In this document: positions 39,139 through 42,848 of the stretch, piece by piece
How the letters are laid out: every line of letters starts with the position of its first letter
Numbering within the stretch: position 1 is the stretch's first letter
Source: Alphaproteobacteria bacterium
Lineage (GTDB): Bacteria > Pseudomonadota > Alphaproteobacteria > GCA-2731375
NCBI GenBank assembly: GCA_965225945.1
Contig: CBDDBZ010000005.1
Coordinates: 1 to 42,848 of the forward strand
Reading direction: 5' to 3'
Length of the DNA stretch: 42,848 bases
Program-made: the position numbers and the translations under genes
Notes under the pieces: generated by a model
Seen by the model: only the letters and a program-made list of their open reading frames with translations
Told to the model about the DNA's origin: nothing
Databases searched by the model: none

Positions 39139-39566
39139 ATGGTCGAGTGGCTGAACATAGAGTCGGGCGTCTGGGTCGCGGCCGAGCAGATCACCATGGC
39201 GCGGCTGGAGAGCGACGACACGGTGGCCGTCTACGTCCTCGGCCGCGACGAGCCGGTGATCCGCACCCATCGCGACAACTGGAGCGCCATCGTCGACCGG
39301 CGCAGCGAAAAGCGGAAGATTCCCGTTTCGCTATCGACCAAGAGCGGCGAGATCTTCTTTCGCTCTCGACCAAGAGCGGCGAGATCTTCGAGGGCCACGT
39401 CTTCGTCTCCGGCAATCTGCGCGTCAAGGACCAGCTCAATGGACCCGAGGACTTCATCGCCTTCGAGACCATGGGCGGCCAGCTTTATCTGATCGCACGA
39501 AGCGAGCTGGCCCGGGTGGTACCGCGCGCGGCGCCGACGGAGGAGACCAGCACCGACTTCGCCTGA
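39139..39566 (+). pseudogene. Small hypothetical gene frameshifted by a 32-nt tandem duplication
   Basis: GAGGAGG RBS; 39326-39357 and 39358-39389 are 31/32 identical; removing one copy yields a 131-aa ORF. Confidence 0.75.
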
Positions 39567-39636
39567 GCCCGTCTCGCGGGCGCGGCGTCGATGGCCCGAG
39601 CGTGGCGGCGAGATCGCCATCCACGAGCGGTCGACC

Positions 39637-39825
39637 ATGCCGGCCAAGCACCGGAAGTGGGCGACCCCGCTTTTTATTGAAGGTGAAATCCCCAAAGGCG
39701 TCGCCCTCGCGCAGCACCGCTGCCAGCGGGAAACGCCGTGCTACCCTATCGCCGGGGAGGGTATGGAATGCGTTGCCTGCGCAAAGGCGATCCGAGACAA
39801 AGCCGCCGGCGCGAAGTCAAAGTAG
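39637..39825 (+). CDS. Possible small Cys/His-rich protein (62 aa)
   Basis: ATG start; HxC-x5-C...CxxC arrangement; no clear RBS. Confidence 0.4.
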   Translation: MPAKHRKWATPLFIEGEIPKGVALAQHRCQRETPCYPIAGEGMECVACAKAIRDKAAGAKSK

Positions 39826-40033
39826 GGAAAGCGGACTTGGCCGCGCTCGCCGCCGATCTCGCGCCCCTCCATGGCCGACACCAACCGCCAAAAATGGCGA
39901 CTCCCCGGCCGCCCCGCTCCAAGCCGCTCCGCCCGAGCCGGCTGGCCCGGCGAATGCGGGAAGCGCGCGGGGAAGCCTGACCTGCCTCGGAAAAGGCGTA
40001 TCTGTCCGATCAGATATCTTCCAGAACATATAG

Positions 40034-40062
40034 TTGACCGATGTTACTTCTTTTGATATGTA
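40034..40062 (+). promoter_or_regulatory. Possible sigma70-type promoter for the ATPase pair
   Basis: TTGACC-N17-TATGTA with TG upstream of the -10, in an AT-rich patch. Confidence 0.35.
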
Positions 40063-40077
40063 CGCTGCCAGATATCT

Positions 40078-41271
40078 ATGGAGACGCATAGTTTCATGAC
40101 CCTTGAACTGCATTACGGCGGCGCCGTGGGCGGCGGCCAACGCTTCCCGCGGCCCGAGCTCGAAGATCGCTTCATGCGAACCTTCGACCACAGCGCGGGC
40201 GTCAAGATGTTCGGCTTGCGCCGGATCGGCAAATCGACCTTGCGGCGATACGCGACGGAACGGTTCGAGGCAGCCGGCCGGCCATTCATTTCGACCGACG
40301 GCCAGGGGCTGCATTCGCTCGTCGATCTATTGGGCAGGCTTGCCCAGGCAATGCCGCGGGAAGACGGTCTGATGAAGAGGGCTTTGAGGCTCGCCACGAC
40401 GGGACCGGCGAGAGCCGCGCTGGAGGCCCTGTCAACGGGCGGGGCGTATGAGGAAATGGTGCTTTCCGCCCAATGGCTTCTCGTATCCGACGCCATCCGC
40501 GAGGCGCTGAAAGGCGATGGCCCAAAGCCGGTACTGGTCATCGACGAGTTCACCTATCTGCTCAGAAACATGATCGAGCGCCACGAGGAGCAGGGACGGA
40601 ACGATGCCGACAGGTTGCTCGCCTCGATGCGAGAATGGCGCGGCGAAGGGATGCCCATGCTGCTGGCCGGGTCCATCGGCCTCACCCGGCTGGTTCGCAC
40701 GCACAACCTCAATCGCGAGCACCTGAACGATTTGCAGCCTTTCGCCGTGCCGGAACTCACTGAAGACGAGGCTCGGGAGTTCATCCGTCTGGCGACCGAG
40801 ACGCCGTCGGAGTGGCGATGGCGCGCCGGGCACACGGAAGAATTCCTGCAACAGTCGGGCGTTCTCTACCCGTGCTTCCTGGTGCGCGGCTTGCTCGAAA
40901 TCGACGTCACGAATCCGGCGAACCCGAGCGAGTTCGACGCGATATTCTCGGAGCGCGTCCGCCCCGACCTCCATGCCGACTTCTACAACCAGTTCAACGA
41001 GCGTTTCAAAGCCTATGCCGGACTGCCCAATGACGAACGAAATTCGCTGATCCTGCCCGCCATCAAGGCGGTGATGGAGGCGGAGCCGGCCTGTCCCCAC
41101 GACGATATCCCCTGCGACGATCCCTTCACGCAGGTCGAGCTGGCGCTTGCGCTCGAAATGCTGGTCGAGGACGGCTTCGTCCATTTCACCGAGGATGCCG
41201 GCGGCGAACGGCTCTGGAAACCGGCCTCCCGGCTGGCGAAGCTTTGGTGGACAAGGTCCAGACTCACATGA
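40078..41271 (+). CDS. P-loop ATPase (AAA/STAND-like)
   Basis: Walker A GLRRIGKST, Walker B VLVIDEF, LLAGSIGL; alternative start at 40096. Confidence 0.85.
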   Translation: METHSFMTLELHYGGAVGGGQRFPRPELEDRFMRTFDHSAGVKMFGLRRIGKSTLRRYATERFEAAGRPFISTDGQGLHSLVDLLGRLAQAMPREDGLMKRALRLATTGPARAALEALSTGGAYEEMVLSAQWLLVSDAIREALKGDGPKPVLVIDEFTYLLRNMIERHEEQGRNDADRLLASMREWRGEGMPMLLAGSIGLTRLVRTHNLNREHLNDLQPFAVPELTEDEAREFIRLATETPSEWRWRAGHTEEFLQQSGVLYPCFLVRGLLEIDVTNPANPSEFDAIFSERVRPDLHADFYNQFNERFKAYAGLPNDERNSLILPAIKAVMEAEPACPHDDIPCDDPFTQVELALALEMLVEDGFVHFTEDAGGERLWKPASRLAKLWWTRSRLT

Positions 41272-42848
41272 GCGCCCCGGCCCCCCATCCCATTCTCGTC
41301 CGCACTTTCATGACCCATGACATGAAGGATGAGGATATCGCCGCGCTCTCCACCGGCCGCGACGACGAATTTCGCCGCATAATGGAGGCCATCGCACGCT
41401 CCCGCCGGGCGTCGCCCGGCGCCGTCCAGCACATCGTGGTCTACGGATCGCGCGGTTTCGGCAAGTCCTTCATGGCTCGGCGGGCTCAGATCGCGGTTGC
41501 CGATCTGGACCAGAGTGCGGGACCGGTGCGTTACGTGTTGTTGCCGGAAGAACAGCACAACCTGCAACGCAGCCCGCACGCCTTTCTCGAAACCATCGCG
41601 CTGAGGATCGAAAATCTAGAGGGCGGCGGTGATGACGGCTACGCAGCCGCTCACTTCCAATGGCCCCGCCCCGGCGAGGAGGCGAAACGCTGGGACCGGG
41701 CGGCAGCGGACCTGGAAACCGCGCTTGATGCCGCATTCCCCGATGGGGACGGGCTGGTGATCGTGGTGGTCGAGAACTTCGACATCCTGCTGGCCACCCT
41801 GTTCAAAGAGGAGGAGGACGAACAGCGCCTCAGGCTGTGGCTGGATCGCAAAGGGAACCGGCTAATGCTGTTCGCGACCGCCACCGGCACGGTGGATATC
41901 GACTACGAGCGTCCGCTGTTCAAGGCGTTCGAGACGGTGCGTCTGTCGTCATGGACGGCCGAGGATTGTATCGACTATTTCAACCGGCAGCGCGCGCATG
42001 AGGGCCGACCACCGCTCGATGCCGATCAGGCGGCGAAAGCGCGGGCCGTCGCCGAGTTCATCGGCGGCACGCCGCGTCTCGCCCAGTTGCTGGCCGCGGT
42101 GCTCGACACACAGGATGCCCTGAGCGTGGCCGAAACTATGTCGGCGCTCGCTGACAAGCTGGCCGAATATTACCGGCGACGCATCGAGGATCTGCCGCCA
42201 CTCGGCCGCGGCCTGCTCGATGCGCTGATCCGCGCCGGCGAGCCGGCCTCGCAGACCGCACTGGCGGCGCGGGTCAGCGCCGACGGTCAGAACGAGATCG
42301 CGCGGGCCATGGGGGACCTCCAGCTTGCCGACATCGTCCGCGGCCGCCGCGCGCCCGACAGCCGCGAGACACTGTACAGCGTGACGGATCGCGTGTTCGT
42401 CCACTACTACCGCCTGCGCCAGGGCAGCCTCACCGCGCGCGCGACACCGCTGGAGACCATTCTCGATTTCCTGAAAGGCTTCTATTCGCGCGACGAACAG
42501 CGCGCGCAGGCGCTCAGGTATTTGGAGATCGGCCGTCCCGCCGAAGCCGAACTGTTCAGCCGGCTCGCGCTTGAGAGCGAAGGGCACACGAGGAACAGTA
42601 ACGACTTCGCCATTGGTTTTGGCAAACGGCTGAAGCGCTACGCTGAGGCCGCGACGGATACGCTTGGGATGGATCTGGCCGCAATCGCGACGATAATGGA
42701 GGATACGCCGGCAGAGGTGCATGAGTTGTGCCGCCATGCAGCATGCGCGGCTCCGCTGGATGCCGCTATCGTCTCCATCATCAGGTCCCAGTCACTTCAC
42801 CGGATGGGCCTCTCTGAACAGTCGCGGGCGGAGTTGGAGATTGCCACG
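41268..42848 (+). CDS. STAND-like ATPase with winged-helix and helical C-terminal region, truncated by the window end
   Basis: Translated by hand: open for 527 codons from an ATGA overlap; HIVVYGSRGFGKSF (Walker A), IVVVENFD (Walker B), GGTPRL (GxP), YSVTDRVF. Absent from the ORF track. Confidence 0.88.
   Translation, partial: MSAPAPHPILVRTFMTHDMKDEDIAALSTGRDDEFRRIMEAIARSRRASPGAVQHIVVYGSRGFGKSFMARRAQIAVADLDQSAGPVRYVLLPEEQHNLQRSPHAFLETIALRIENLEGGGDDGYAAAHFQWPRPGEEAKRWDRAAADLETALDAAFPDGDGLVIVVVENFDILLATLFKEEEDEQRLRLWLDRKGNRLMLFATATGTVDIDYERPLFKAFETVRLSSWTAEDCIDYFNRQRAHEGRPPLDADQAAKARAVAEFIGGTPRLAQLLAAVLDTQDALSVAETMSALADKLAEYYRRRIEDLPPLGRGLLDALIRAGEPASQTALAARVSADGQNEIARAMGDLQLADIVRGRRAPDSRETLYSVTDRVFVHYYRLRQGSLTARATPLETILDFLKGFYSRDEQRAQALRYLEIGRPAEAELFSRLALESEGHTRNSNDFAIGFGKRLKRYAEAATDTLGMDLAAIATIMEDTPAEVHELCRHAACAAPLDAAIVSIIRSQSLHRMGLSEQSRAELEIAT

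Noticed and set aside
41949-42737. 262-aa minus-strand ORF
   Set aside because: It is antisense to the plus-strand ATPase frame that carries the Walker and GxP motifs.
1-42848. CRISPR array, rRNA or prophage
   Set aside because: I saw no regularly spaced repeats, rRNA-like sequence or phage genes; the repeats found are two-copy only.

Overview
GC-rich bacterial chromosomal segment whose gene content and order (hom-glpX-recJ-tRNA-Glu, phaC, TRAP transporter) suggest an alphaproteobacterium. From left to right it holds: a PAS hybrid kinase / receiver / adenylate cyclase signalling operon with two 1-bp frameshifts; tRNA-Glu; recJ, glpX, hom; a Pro-rich OmpA lipoprotein; phaC followed by mesaconyl-CoA isomerase, a mesaconyl-C4-CoA hydratase and an orphan PEP mutase-nucleotidyltransferase fusion; and a lone higA. 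Next comes a ~3 kb decayed island integrated into the 3' end of a thioredoxin-reductase-like gene (48-bp direct repeats; IS1595, an IS110 remnant and a TPR-methyltransferase inside). The best candidate for a little-described system follows on the minus strand. Two ORFs that the ORF track splits (23209-23532 and 21784-23190) are joined by an in-frame TGA in the motif G-C-U-G-S-C, which is followed by a SECIS-like hairpin. This gives a 582-aa putative selenoprotein in an apparent operon with a paralogous partner and the TrxB-like reductase, and its Sec segment resembles the active site of glycine/proline reductase selenoprotein B. The rest of the window is an uncharacterised catabolic cluster (LLM oxidoreductase, lactonase, DUF4387/AtuA, Fe-ADH, TRAP, SDRs, Mo enzyme) and a tandem pair of STAND-like ATPases, the second of which is missing from the ORF track and runs off the end. 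All family calls come from motif recognition by eye; no database search was run.
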